Shown one piece after another: positions 23,736-34,649 of a stretch of DNA of 64,000 nucleotides. The stretch lies in assembly GCF_009914755.1 (NCBI RefSeq), contig NC_060936.1, one strand, 5' to 3'. Positions within the stretch are counted from its first letter, which is position 1. Every line of letters begins with the position of its first letter. Both the position numbers and the translations under genes were made by a program. The notes under the pieces are model-generated. The model saw only the letters and a list, made by a program, of their open reading frames with translations. It had not been told where the DNA came from and searched no databases. Source of the DNA: the human T2T-CHM13v2.0 reference genome, Homo sapiens.

Positions 23736-24599
23736 GTTCATGTGAAAAACTGTTTCTAAGATCTGTGATGCTACACCCTATCACAAATTTCTTAGTAATT
23801 AGTTATACAGGATACTCCCATTGTTGGCCTACCTCTCACTGCCTTACTATCCCACCCTAACACTTCTGGAAACAGCTGAAATACTGATCTTTTGGTCTTC
23901 CTAGCCCTCTGGTCTTGCTAGCACTCTTACCAAAAGTTTATCAAAAAAAATGCTTAATTAATGGGAAATGGTGTTTAACATTAAATACCATGTAAGATAA
24001 TTAATGCAGTAAAATAAAGGGTACCAAATGAAAGCTAAAAACTCAGTGTGCCATTCAAAACCACAGACTTTGAGAGTCCTCAGACTCACTCAAGGGGGCT
24101 GAGAAGGAGGGACCTTTATTAGTTTAGCATCAACAACGATGCCTATAATGGTCCACTGATGTGGCCACTAGGCTCTCCTTTTCCTCCTTCTTTATCCTGC
24201 CCAGCACACTCTCAGCTGTGTGCCTACCTCTTTGGATCAGTTCCTCTAACCTCTGCCACTGACACACTTCCAGCCTTGGAAGATTGATTTCTGTCCTTCG
24301 TAGTCATTTCTTGCTCCCCAGTTAATTGGCAAGTCTTGACATGACTTGCACCATATGACACTAACATGTATTGACAGTGCTGTGGATAAACCATCAGCTT
24401 CCTGTGTGCTGCTGTCATGTCATTCCCATTGATTATATGCCTGTTGTATACAAGGCACTGGTGAATGCAAAGCTACATAACTTCCTATCTACATGTAGCT
24501 TACAACACAAGACATTTATGTCATTTCCTCATGTATGAAAAGGTATGTAGTTATATGCTATAGAAGTACAAAAGGGAGAATAATTATATTCTTCTCTCT

Positions 24600-25000
24600 G
24601 GTCTTCCCCCACCACTTTTTAGCCCATGACTCTCCTTTATTTTACCTAATTGTACTTATAACACCTGACATGTTATATATCTACTTTTTTTGGTTATTGA
24701 ACAATGGCTATCTCCAACTCTTAGCATGTAAATTCTATGTGAGCCTTGTTCACTGCATGTCCCCAGCCCTTAGAATACTACTTGGCATGAAGACGGCCCT
24801 CCATTAATATCTGTTGAAAGAAGCCCTTCCAGAAGAAGTGACATTTGAGTTAGGCTTCGACCAATACAAAGGATTTCAGTAAGTGAGAAATGGGATAAAG
24901 AATATTCTAGAATATTCTAGAAAGAGGAATTGACACTAGCAGAAACATGAAGGCTTCTAAGCAGGGTATAACTGAGGTAACAAAGTGGCTCTAAGATGGA
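24600..25000. mobile_element. Two abutting L2 fragments (plus-strand 3' end ~24600-24815; minus-strand piece ~24820-25000)
   Basis: cttgttcactgcatgtccccagcccttagaatactacttggca ... then cttccagaagaagtgacatttgagttagg. Confidence 0.6.
24899..24923. promoter_or_regulatory. Perfect heat-shock element (five inverted nGAAn pentamers)
   Basis: aGAAt aTTCt aGAAt aTTCt aGAAa. The motif is read directly; function is untested. Confidence 0.6.
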
Positions 25001-27639
25001 AAATGAAAAAATATGGTGGAATTTAACTATTTTTAAATTAATTTTATGAAAGAAAATAATTTTTGCCCCAACAGTATTATACTTTAGATATTTCAATGAC
25101 ACTGATGAGTCAATCTAAGTACTTTTAAAGTGATTCAGGTCCCAGATGAATAAACCGCAAAGGAAAAGATGCATTGGTTGAATGCAAAAAGTAGGGAAGC
25201 TGAGGGAGAAAAGGCAAAAGGAAAGAAATGAGGAAGGTAAGCAGAGAGAAGAAAGCCATGGTCCTTGTCACAGTTGTGCTTAGTACCCTTTTATTTTATG
25301 TATACATTTCTAAGAAACCCATGTTTCCCATTCTTGTCCATCCTACTTCAATGATACCATCTGTAATTGACTCTCATTCTGGATTTTGATTCTTTGTGGC
25401 AGTTCTGCACTAGAGGGTAGTTTCAGGGAAGATTTTCATTTCTGCTAACTTGTTTTACAAAGAGAAGTTATGACATTATAGCAACTTTCTATCATCTATA
25501 GAAATCTCTTTTAAAAAAATTCAATAACATTTCCAATGTGAGTCATGAGTGGGTTTGAATGAATACCATTTTATTTTGTCTCTTCATTTTCAAATGTCTC
25601 CTCCAAAATGTGCTCACGTAATGATATTTTTAAAATAATGTTTATAGATTTTTTAAATAGCATTTTTAGATGGCTCATATGTCAACCATTCCTCTGGAAA
25701 TTTATTGGCTTATAGGGAATGTTTGTCTGACACACTGTTTCTAACCGCCCTGCACAGACTGAAACTTCATGCACTTGCCTCAGGTCCAAGAGAAGTCTTT
25801 CTCCAAAAACCAGGAAGGATGTAGCCCAGGTGAAGTGTGCTACAGAGGGAGATGATGAATTGCATCATAGCTGCCTCAAGTAAGGAACTCTGTTGAGGGA
25901 CAATTTATCCAAGCTCACCAGGTCTTAACATTGAGAGTATACATAGTTGGCTGTTGAAATTCACAGCCAACTAGAAATGCCCACATGGCCTCTGAAACTC
26001 TAAGACAATAAAAGCCCTTGGGGAAGGATGTATTGCTCCTTCATTGCCTTAAAATACAGATTAATATGACAGTTCCAGGAATTTGGAAATTGAGCTTCCC
26101 AACCAGCCACTCCCAGAGGATGCCAACCCACAGCTTTGCCTGCAACTGGGCAATGTGGTTTTGACCAATTCTGGGAACACGCTCAATGTTTTGAAAGAGC
26201 CGAAGGGGACCAAACAGAAAATGTGGTAAAAGGGCCCAGTGGCATACATTTTTTGTGTGTGTCCGTCATCCTCTTGAAATAAAAATGGATTTTTTTTCAA
26301 ATGCAAGCTAGAGAATAACCATTTCCATTCTTGCAATCCAGCCAGGTCTGGGACGAAAGCAAGTACTGCAGAAAGAGGATGAAACAGCAGCAGCACACAA
26401 ACCATGGGGTGGAGAAAGGGAAGATAAAAAACGCTCCTAATGTCCTCAAAACAAAAATTTGATCGAAGCACACACCTCTCAGTCTTGAAACACAGTATAA
26501 AAACTATTTTAGAGAACAAAAGACCCTTGAAGGAAGAATAAAAACAAAGGAATGGCCAAAAGAAAGAGAGAGGGGGTGAAACAATGACATTCTTCAAGAC
26601 CAGGAAAGAAATTCATCCTAAAATAAAGAGCACTAAAAGATAACTACAAAATAGAAATATAAAATGACTATGAAATGTTGGGCCAGGAAGCCAGTATGAC
26701 AATATTTTCTCATAAAATGATATACTATTTCATCACCATATGCTTTAGGAAAATCCAATATGTTCCTGACAGACTTCTAACATTTTTTCCCCAAGATGGT
26801 TAAAGCTTTAAGGAATGTGTCAAAGATACTTAGCACCCACTGCATTTTTGAATATTACACATTGGTAATTCTCTGGTTCATGAATTTTAATAATACTACT
26901 GCAATTCAGTTTTCCAATCATTCTCCCCAGCACTAGCTGATAAAAACATCCAATAGCAGATCCTGTTTTGGTTTTGTTCCAGTATACTGCTAAATCTGCA
27001 AATGGAAATATATATACACATACAGACACATATATATTATATATATTTGAAATTTTATGTATATTTTGTATTTATATATAAAAGAAAAAAGTATGGTAAG
27101 ACTTGGGATAAAAACATTATTTGAAGAATTATTTCAAAACACTGGTTGGTATTTCAAAATACAGCTCACTAGTTATTGAGGAAAAGAAATGAACATTAAG
27201 GATTTAATGGATTCAATTATAGATATACTACTTTAAGTAACACAAATAAGAGTTAAACAAGAGTATGAAATGAGTTATTGTGTGCTATTTGCTCAATATA
27301 CTTCCATGTGGAGGAGTTTCTAAGCTATTGTTGCTACATCTCTCCCCTCTCTTTCCAACTGTATTTGCATTCTTCTAACCACCTATGGCTTTCTATTGTG
27401 CTATTCTAGCTTCATCACAAATGATGTATCATACCTGGGAATGTGCCCGGTGAACTATAAGGTATTACGTAAATAGAGAATTAGGAGCTGTGCCATTAAT
27501 AATAATGTCTTATATTAGTATAAAATTAAAATAATTGATTTTTCCTTTTTATCTGGCTTCTCTTTCTTTATTCTTCTATTTTATTTGTTACTTATCTTTG
27601 TTATATTATCAAAGTTACTTTATTCTTTCAGCCACACAA

Positions 27640-28250
27640 GCTTCAAATGTACTTGTCTTTCATTCTTCCTTTTCCCCACCTTACTCTCTCCAATAACCAA
27701 GCTCTATTAGTTCTCTACTGTTTCCTCCACTAACTGGCCTTTACAATGGTCTGTCTTATTTTCACCAATACTTCCTCAAACCAGGCTCTCAATATCTCAC
27801 ACCTTGACTATGCTGAAAATATCTTAATAGTATCCTGCTTCCAGTTTGGGTCCTCTCCAATTCATTGCTTTTGTTGACACCAAGTAGATCTTTCTTAAGT
27901 GCTGCTTTAAACTTGTTACTCCTCTGCATAACCACAAAGACAGCCACTATTGATAAGACAAAGAATAAAGTTCCCATGTCATAGCTCAGGGCCAAAGTAG
28001 AGGCCCCAGACTTCTTGTAGGTGCACCTTCCATTATTTCTCAACACAAGCCCTTTTCTCCAGGTGGATGGTTCCACTTCCACAAACTGTGAGAGATCCAG
28101 TGGCTATATACCCTGCCTGAAGCACCTTCTTTTCTTTCCATATATTCTCTGTAAGTCCCATGAAGCTCTGAAGCCACCATTGCCCAAGAGATTCTCTTGG
28201 CTTGAGCAACCTACTGGGTGTTCATTGAAAATCAACTGTGCAACAAATGG
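27640..28250 (+). mobile_element. Degraded L2 LINE
   Basis: ccaggctctcaatatctcacaccttgactatg ... tatcctgcttccagtttgggtcctctccaattcatt. Ends approximate. Confidence 0.6.
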
Positions 28251-28433
28251 CTGCAGGACTGCCATGCCACTATTGAGTCTGTCAAGTTGTCTTTTAGTTT
28301 CCTCAAATAGATTTTAAGCTTTGTGAAAAATGGGGCCTTCAAGTAACACTTATTAAGTACCTGCTGTGTGCAGGGTCCTGCTTGAAGTGCCTCAAAAAAT
28401 AGGGGTAGATTATACATTTTGGGCATTTAATGA

Positions 28434-28742
28434 CAACAAATATGGTACTGTGCATATCATGGCTGTCCAATGCACATCCTGAGTGAATGGATTTCCATTA
28501 TTTTTATACTGTAAAACTATAATTTTAGACTTCCACTGCCAAAATTAAGTTCCACAAATGCCTTTTTCTTTGTATGGTAGGGAAACTATGGTGAAGAAAA
28601 ATGAAATATCATATTAAATCAATGCATTTTGTAATAAAATTAGTATCATAATGCCCATTTCTGCTTTCTAGTCTGCCGTTCTAACTGCCAAGCCCTTCCA
28701 TGTGTCTTCAAGAGAATGTTGGAGACAATATATTTCTCATTT
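28434..28742 (+). repeat. Local duplication, copy A (continues at 29055-29068 after the Alu)
   Basis: About 80% identical (hand alignment, ~247/309) to 33932-34232. Confidence 0.92.
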
Positions 28743-28754
28743 AAGAAATGAGAA

Positions 28755-29048
28755 GGCTGAGCACGGTGGCTCACGCCTGTAATCCCAGCACTTTGGGAGG
28801 CCGAGGTGGGTGGATCATGAGGTCAGACTGACACCATCCTGGCTAACGCGGTGAAACTCTGTCTCTACTAAAAATACAAAACATTAGCCGGGTGTGGTGG
28901 CATGCGCCTGTAGTCCCAGCTACTCAGGAGGCTAAGGCAGGAGAATCACTTAAACACAGGAGGTGGAGGTTGCAGTGAGCCAAGATTGTACCACTGCACT
29001 CCAGCGTGGGTGACAGAGCAAGACTCCGTCTCAAAAAAAAAAAAAAAA
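28755..29048 (+). mobile_element. Alu SINE (AluSc/Y-like)
   Basis: Full dimer; 'accatcctggctaacgcggtgaaa' and 'tgtagtcccagc'; A tail; likely TSD aagaaatgagaa / aaaaaaagagaa. Confidence 0.95.
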
Positions 29049-29054
29049 GAGAAA

Positions 29055-30973
29055 TGGTACATTACTCCAGCCCACTTACCACGTGACCCAAAATGCTGTT
29101 AGTTTTGAGTGGCGCCTAGAATAAAAGAAGATTCTGCAACAGGTCCAGGCTGCTATGCAAGCTGCCCCTCCACTTGGGCCATGGAATCTAGTAGATCTAA
29201 TGGTGCTCGAAGTGTCCATGGAAGATGGGGATGCTGTTTGGAGCCTTCTTCAGGCCCCCATAGGTTAATTGCAGCTTAGACTGTTAGAATTTTGGAACAA
29301 GGCCCCACCACCATCCACAGCTAACTACTTTTCTTTCAAGAAACAGCTTTTGGCCTGTTATTAGGCCTCGGTAGAAACTGAACACTTGACCAGGGGCTGA
29401 GTTACCCTGTCGCCTGAGATGCCCATCATGAACTGGCATTTGTCTGACCCTCCACATCATAAAGATGGGTGCATACAGCAGCACTTCATCATCAAGTGGA
29501 AGTGGCATACATGTGATTGGGCCCAAGCAGGACCTGAAGGCACAAGTTATAAGAAGTGGCTCAAATGCCCTTGGACCCCACTCCTGCTACATTGCCTTCT
29601 CTCTCCCAGCCTGCACCTATGGCCTCAGAGGGAGAGACCTATGATCAGTTGACAGAGAAAGACTCAGGCCTGGTTTACAGATGGTTCTGCATAATACGCA
29701 CTTCTCTGCTAGTTCTTCCACTAACTAGCCTTTACAACTGTCTGTCCTCTTCCCATTGCTATGTCCCCAAACCAGGCTCTCAATGTCTTACACCACCACC
29801 CAAAAGTTAACAGCTATAGCACTACTACTCCTTTCTGGAACATCCCTGAAGGAGAGTGATGAAGGGAATTCCTCCCAGTGGATAGAACACCAGGCAATGC
29901 ACCTGGCTGTTCATTTGGCTTAGAAGGAGAAATGGCCAGATATGTAATTATATACTGATTAATGGGCTTTAGCCAATGGTTTGGCTGGATGGTCAGGGAT
30001 TTAGAAGGAACATGATTAGAAAATTGGTGACAAGGACATTTCAGGAAGAGGTATGTGGATAAACCTCTCTGGGTAAAATATATGAAGATATTTCTTTCAT
30101 GTGAATGTTCACCAAATGGTAAACTTAGCAGAGGAGAATTTTAATAACTAAGTGGATAGGATGATCTGCTCTATGGATACAAGTCAACCTCTTTCCCCAA
30201 CCACCCTTGTCACCACCTAACTGGCCATGGTGGCAGGGATGGAGGTTACACATGGGCTCAGCAGTGTGGACTTCCACTTACCAAGGCTGACCTGGCTGCA
30301 ACCACTGCTGAGGGCCCAATCGGCTGCAGCAGAGACCAACACTGAGCTCCCAACATGGGACCATTCTCCACAGTGATCAGCCAGTTCTTACTGGTAGATT
30401 GATTATATTGAACTACTTCTACCATGAAAGGAACATCATTTTGCTCTTACTGGAAGAGACACATACTTTGGACATGGATTTACCCTCCCTGCATACAATG
30501 TTTCTGCCAAAACTACCATTTGAAGACTTACAGAATGCCTTATCCTGATAATGGTATTCCACTCAGCATTGCTCCCAATCTGGGAATTCACTTCACTGCA
30601 AAAGAAGTGCAGCAACAGGCCCATGTTCATGGAATTCACATCTTACCACATTGCCCACCATCCTGAAGCAGCTGTCTTCCTAGAACAGTGGAATTGCCTT
30701 TTAAATACTCACAGTACCAGCTAGGTGGCAATACCTTGCAGGGCTGGCACAAAGTTCTCCAGGAGGCTGTATATGCTGTGAGTCAATGTCAAACATATCG
30801 TGCTCCCATAGCCCATATATTGGATCTCACGGCCAAAATTCATGGGTCCAGGAATAAAGGAAATGGGAGTGGCACCACTTACTGCTACCCTTAATGAACC
30901 ACTAGCAAATTTTTGCTTCTTGTTCCTGCAACTTTATCCTCTGCTGGCCTAGAGGTCTTTGCTCCAAAGGAAA
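29055..30973 (+). pseudogene. ERVL/HERV-L pol fragment (end of RT, RNase H, integrase, start of dUTPase); decayed, no LTRs. First ~30 bp lie at 28713-28742, before the Alu.
   Basis: Remnants 'PIMNWHLSDPPHHKDGCIQQHFIIKWKW..QAGPEGTS', 'AQMP..PTPATLPSLSQPAPMAS', W-F-T-D-G-S (tggtttacagatggttct), 'HFTAKEVQQQAHVHGIH', 'QLGGNTLQGWHKVLQEAVYA'; many stops and frameshifts. Confidence 0.93.
29702..29794 (+). repeat. 93-bp copy of 27711-27803 inserted in ERVL RNase H
   Basis: Ungapped 73/93 identity to the upstream segment; ERVL is collinear on both sides. Confidence 0.88.
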
Positions 30974-32080
30974 TATGAACCATTTTCACTCACAACACTT
31001 CTGACACCAAATGTGTGTGGGGATTCTCCCACTCCAAATAATTCTCCAACCAGCTGAGTGTTCAATAATTCAATTCAATTCTGACACTATCTACCTGGAG
31101 TTAGTGTTAGATTCCACAAGTTAAAAGGCTCAGTTCCCTAAGACTGCCCCCACTTTAGACACCAATCACAAGTCCTTGCTCTCCCATACTTGTTATCACC
31201 TGGCTATAAATGGGGGAGAGGGTCCCTAGACTCACTCCTCAGGTTTAATGATTTGGTAGAATGTCTCACAGAACTCAGGAAGGCCTTTTACTCACTATCA
31301 TTGAATTATTATTAAGGATACAACACAGGAACAGCCAAATAAAAGAGATGCATAGGGCAAGGTATGGGGTGAAGGGTTGTGGCAGACTGCCACAGTTACT
31401 ACTTGAGACTGTCACTATGAGACTGCAAGAAGGAGGACGAACGCAGAAATGAAACTATTTTAAAGACGGGGGCCAAGGGAACAAGAGGGCTCCCTGCTTC
31501 TAGTGAGCAAAGGCAGCAGCCGGCTGAGCCTCTACAGCCCTTCATATTTATTGGGTAGAAAGAACAGGGAGCAGGAGGTAATGAATGGTCAGCTGCTTAA
31601 TTGGTCACAGGTTCACATTATTGCTAACAGGCTTCAGATGTGCCTAATTACAAGAAACACTTGTGCCTGTGTCGTGACTGCCCTCAGCATTCCTTCTGGG
31701 TGGCAGACGCAGTTTGTCAGTTTGCCAACATCCTGCTTTCATGAGAAACAGTTTGCTGTTTACTCATATAGCTTCCAGTGATATACTGAGTTGATCACGA
31801 CCCTCATTCTTTTGGCCTTCAACATCTCCCTTCTTCTGTTTTTGAATTAATTGAGAAAGGCAATTGCAAAATGTGCAGCCTTCAATTGCCGGTTGGTGGT
31901 TCATTCTGGCTTTGCATTCAGCTGGTGCTGAGGGAACCAGGCCCATGGCTGGGATCCATGAGTCCCTCCAGTCTCCTGTTCCTGTATCCATAAGCCCACA
32001 AAACTTACTTCCTTCAATTTATACTGCACAAGTGGGTCTATTAGATGCTATGGGTTGTGACAGATAAATTTCCCTCCTAG

Positions 32081-32420
32081 TTGTACTTCCAAATCCCTGA
32101 TTCCCTCGTTTCTCCTTCTGTGGAGAAAGGTGTAATTTACAGGGAATAAGCAACAGTTGAGCAATATATTCTCCCTGGTTCAAAAACCCAAAGATCTTGT
32201 AACATTACCACTAACTGAATTTCTCCTTCACAATCGGAATCAACAACTCGTGGGACTACAGTAATGTCCTGTATGTTAAGATGACTTTTATCCAGAATTA
32301 ATGCCATGTATCCTGTTGGCAAAGGTCCCCAAATACCAGTGGGAATCTTAGTGAATTTGTTTCCTCCAATTAATGTAACCCATTCTGTGACTGGGAGATC
32401 TAATCCTGCGCTTCCAGGTG
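32081..32420 (-). pseudogene. Retroviral dUTPase (HML-6 pro region), frameshifted
   Basis: Motifs TPGSAGLDL, IPTGIWGPLP, VVDSDCEGEI, then after a frameshift near 32172 YIAQLLLIP and RGNQGFGST. Confidence 0.9.
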
Positions 32421-33145
32421 TTCCTAAGCCTTTTGTACATCTCACAGGTGCCAGTGCACGTTTACAATCTGTTTGCATTCCCAAAAGCCAAAGCCAAAGC
32501 TAGCATTTCTGCAGCCACAAAAGAAGATGGTACAAGCCAATTTTCATCCTCCTTCTCCTGTTTACCACTTTTGATAGGTGCTGTAGGTGGGGCAAAAAAT
32601 TCTCTCAAACCCTGAAATAATAGCAAAAAGACAGTACAAACCAAACTTCAAACAAAAAAAAGAAAAGAAATAGCCAAATTCTTCCCCATGTTACCCTGAT
32701 TTAAAAACTTCCCATTTTTTATACCTCTAGGGCACTGACCAGTACCTTTTTAGAGCACTGACCTTATATTGCTGCCAGCACACTTGTAACGGGGTTTCTC
32801 GTTTGTCTGGTTGGTTTTAGTTTTTTTCTGGGCTTTTAGTTTCTTCTACTCCAGCAGACCTTCCTCTTTCAAGTCCCTATAGGACCCTATCTTTCCCTGT
32901 CTGTCCCTGCAAGTTTCTGCTAGCTTCTGCTAGTCTCTGCTAGTCTCTGCTAGTCTTTGCTAGTCTTTATCCTTATCTGCCCCTGTCTGTCCCTATGGTC
33001 CCTGTTGGTTCCTGTAAGTTCCTGCAAGTCTCTATCTTTCCCTACCTATCTCTGTTTGTCTGTATTTATCCCTACTTATCTCTATTTGTCCCTTTGTCCC
33101 TGCAGGCCTCTTCAGGTCCCTTCAGGTCTCTGTTTGTCCCTGATT

Positions 33146-33163
33146 GTCCCTGTTCCAGCGCCA
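33146..33163 (-). promoter_or_regulatory. Primer-binding site, tRNA-Lys3 type
   Basis: Minus strand TGGCGCTGGAACAGGGAC, 16/18 to the Lys3 PBS TGGCGCCCGAACAGGGAC, 2 nt from the 5'LTR. Confidence 0.9.
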
Positions 33164-33931
33164 CTTGTGGCAGGCTGCCTCGGTTACTACTTGAGACCAT
33201 CACTACAAGACTGAACAAAGGAGGACAAACACAGAAATGAAAACTTAACACAAAAGGAACTATTTTAAAGAAAGCAGCCAGGGGAAGAAGAGGGCTCCCT
33301 GCTTCTAGTGAGCAAAGGCAGCAGCCGGCTGAGCCTCTATAGCCCTTCATATTTATTGGGTAGAAAGAGCAAGGAGCAGGAGGTAATGAATGGTCAGCTG
33401 CTTAATTGATCACAGGTTCACATTATTGCTAACAGGCTTCAGCTGTGCCTAATTACAAGAAACACTTGTGCCTGGGTCATGACTGCCCTCAGCATTCCTT
33501 CTGGGTGGCAGATGCAGTTTGTCAATTTGCCAACATCCTGCTTTCATGAGAAACAGTTTGCTGTTTACTCATATAGCTTCCAGTGGTATACTGAGTTGAT
33601 CACGATCCTCATTCTTTCGGCCTTCAACAAAGGGTGCATGGAGTTGCATGCCATTTTTGTACCTCCCAGAACCCCAAGTGTTAACCAACCCTGAAATTCT
33701 CTAAACTTTATAGATTAGGGGGTTTTATGGTGGTCTGTTTATGTAGACATGACTGACTAAATCACTGGCCATTGGTGAGTAACTCAGTTTTTAGTGATTA
33801 TCTCAATCTCAAATCTCTTTCTTTCAAACCTCTAGTCATGCCTTGGTCTTTCTAGCAAGCAGCCCTCATTCCAAAGCTATCTAGAAGTTCTCAGCCACCA
33901 GCCATCTTATTTGCATACAAAAGACATTCAT

Positions 33932-34246
33932 CAACATATATGGTATGGTACATATCATAGCTGTCAATACACATCTTGAGTGAATTGATTTTAGTAATTT
34001 TTATATTGTAAAACTATAATTTTATAATTTAACCATCAAAACTAAATTCCATAAATGTCTTTTTAGAGTAGGGAAACTATGGTAAACAAAGATGAAACAC
34101 CTTATTACCCAATGCATTTGGTAGCAAAATTAGTGTCATAATGCCAATTTCTGTTTTCTAGTCTGCTGCTCTAACTGCGAAGCCCTTCTATATCTTCTCA
34201 AGAGGATTTTGAATGCAATATGTTTCTCATTTGGGTAGATTACTTC
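33932..34246 (+). repeat. Local duplication, copy B
   Basis: Direct copy of 28434-28742 plus 29055-29068, lacking the Alu. Confidence 0.92.
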
Positions 34247-34309
34247 CTGTCTTATTTTCCTTCATAGCACGTAACACTGTCTATTCTGTGTAGACATTCT
34301 ATATGTTAC

Positions 34310-34649
34310 CACTATGGTCTGAATGTGTCCTCCATAAAGCATTTGTTGGAAACTTAATATCCAGTGCAACAGTGTTGAGAGGTGGGACCTGATGGGAGGT
34401 GTTTAGGTCATGAGGGCTCCATCCTCATGAATAGATTAATGCTGACTCTAAAAGGGCTTGAGACTGCAAGTCTGATCTCTTGCTGTCTGTTTTCCCTTCT
34501 GCCATGGGGTGACACAGCAAGGAGGCCCTCATCAGATACAACTCGATCTTGGATTTCTCAGCCCCACCAAATCATGACCCAAATACATTTTATTATAAAT
34601 TATCCAGTCTGTGGTATTCTGTTATAGGAACACAAAGTGGACAAAGACA
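34310..34649 (+). mobile_element. MaLR solo LTR (MSTC/D-like) inside an L2 3' end (~34250-34862)
   Basis: ctatggtctgaatgtgtcc ... gtggacaaagaca; TSD gttac / tttac; L2 tail 'gtatttgttggataataaat'. Confidence 0.82.

Larger units (their letters stand above)
31378..33629 (-). mobile_element. Internally deleted HERV-K(HML-6)/HERVK3 provirus with LTR3B-like LTRs (3'LTR 31378-31824, 5'LTR 33166-33629)
   Basis: Two homologous TG..CA LTRs, perfect 6-bp TSD aagggt (31372-31377 / 33630-33635), tRNA-Lys3-like PBS, polypurine tract at 31825-31843, betaretroviral gag/dUTPase/protease remnants. Confidence 0.92.
30974..33931 (-). mobile_element. MER21-like LTR split by HML-6 (30974-31377 and 33630-33931), truncated at the right end
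   Basis: acaacacttctgacaccaaatgtgtg ... aattctgacactatctacctggagttag ... catagggcaaggtatgggg|...|gcatggagttgcatgcc ... aaatcactggccattggtga. Confidence 0.85.

Noticed and set aside
26061-26597. Longest ORF in the window (178 aa, minus strand)
   Set aside because: F/L/S-rich composition from an A-rich opposite strand, no recognisable domain; consistent with chance.
32915-32970. Short (ctgctagt)-like repeats, and (ggacaaaga)x3 at ~48221-48247, as a possible array
   Set aside because: Simple tandem repeats without unique spacers; not CRISPR-like.
31378-33629. Assignment to HML-5 (LTR22)
   Set aside because: The PBS is Lys3-type rather than Ile-type, and the LTR start matches LTR3B as I recall it.
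28434-34246. Reading the 310-bp repeats as the LTRs or TSD of the ERVL
   Set aside because: No TG..CA termini, PBS or PPT, no resemblance to MLT2, and the unit includes pol sequence.
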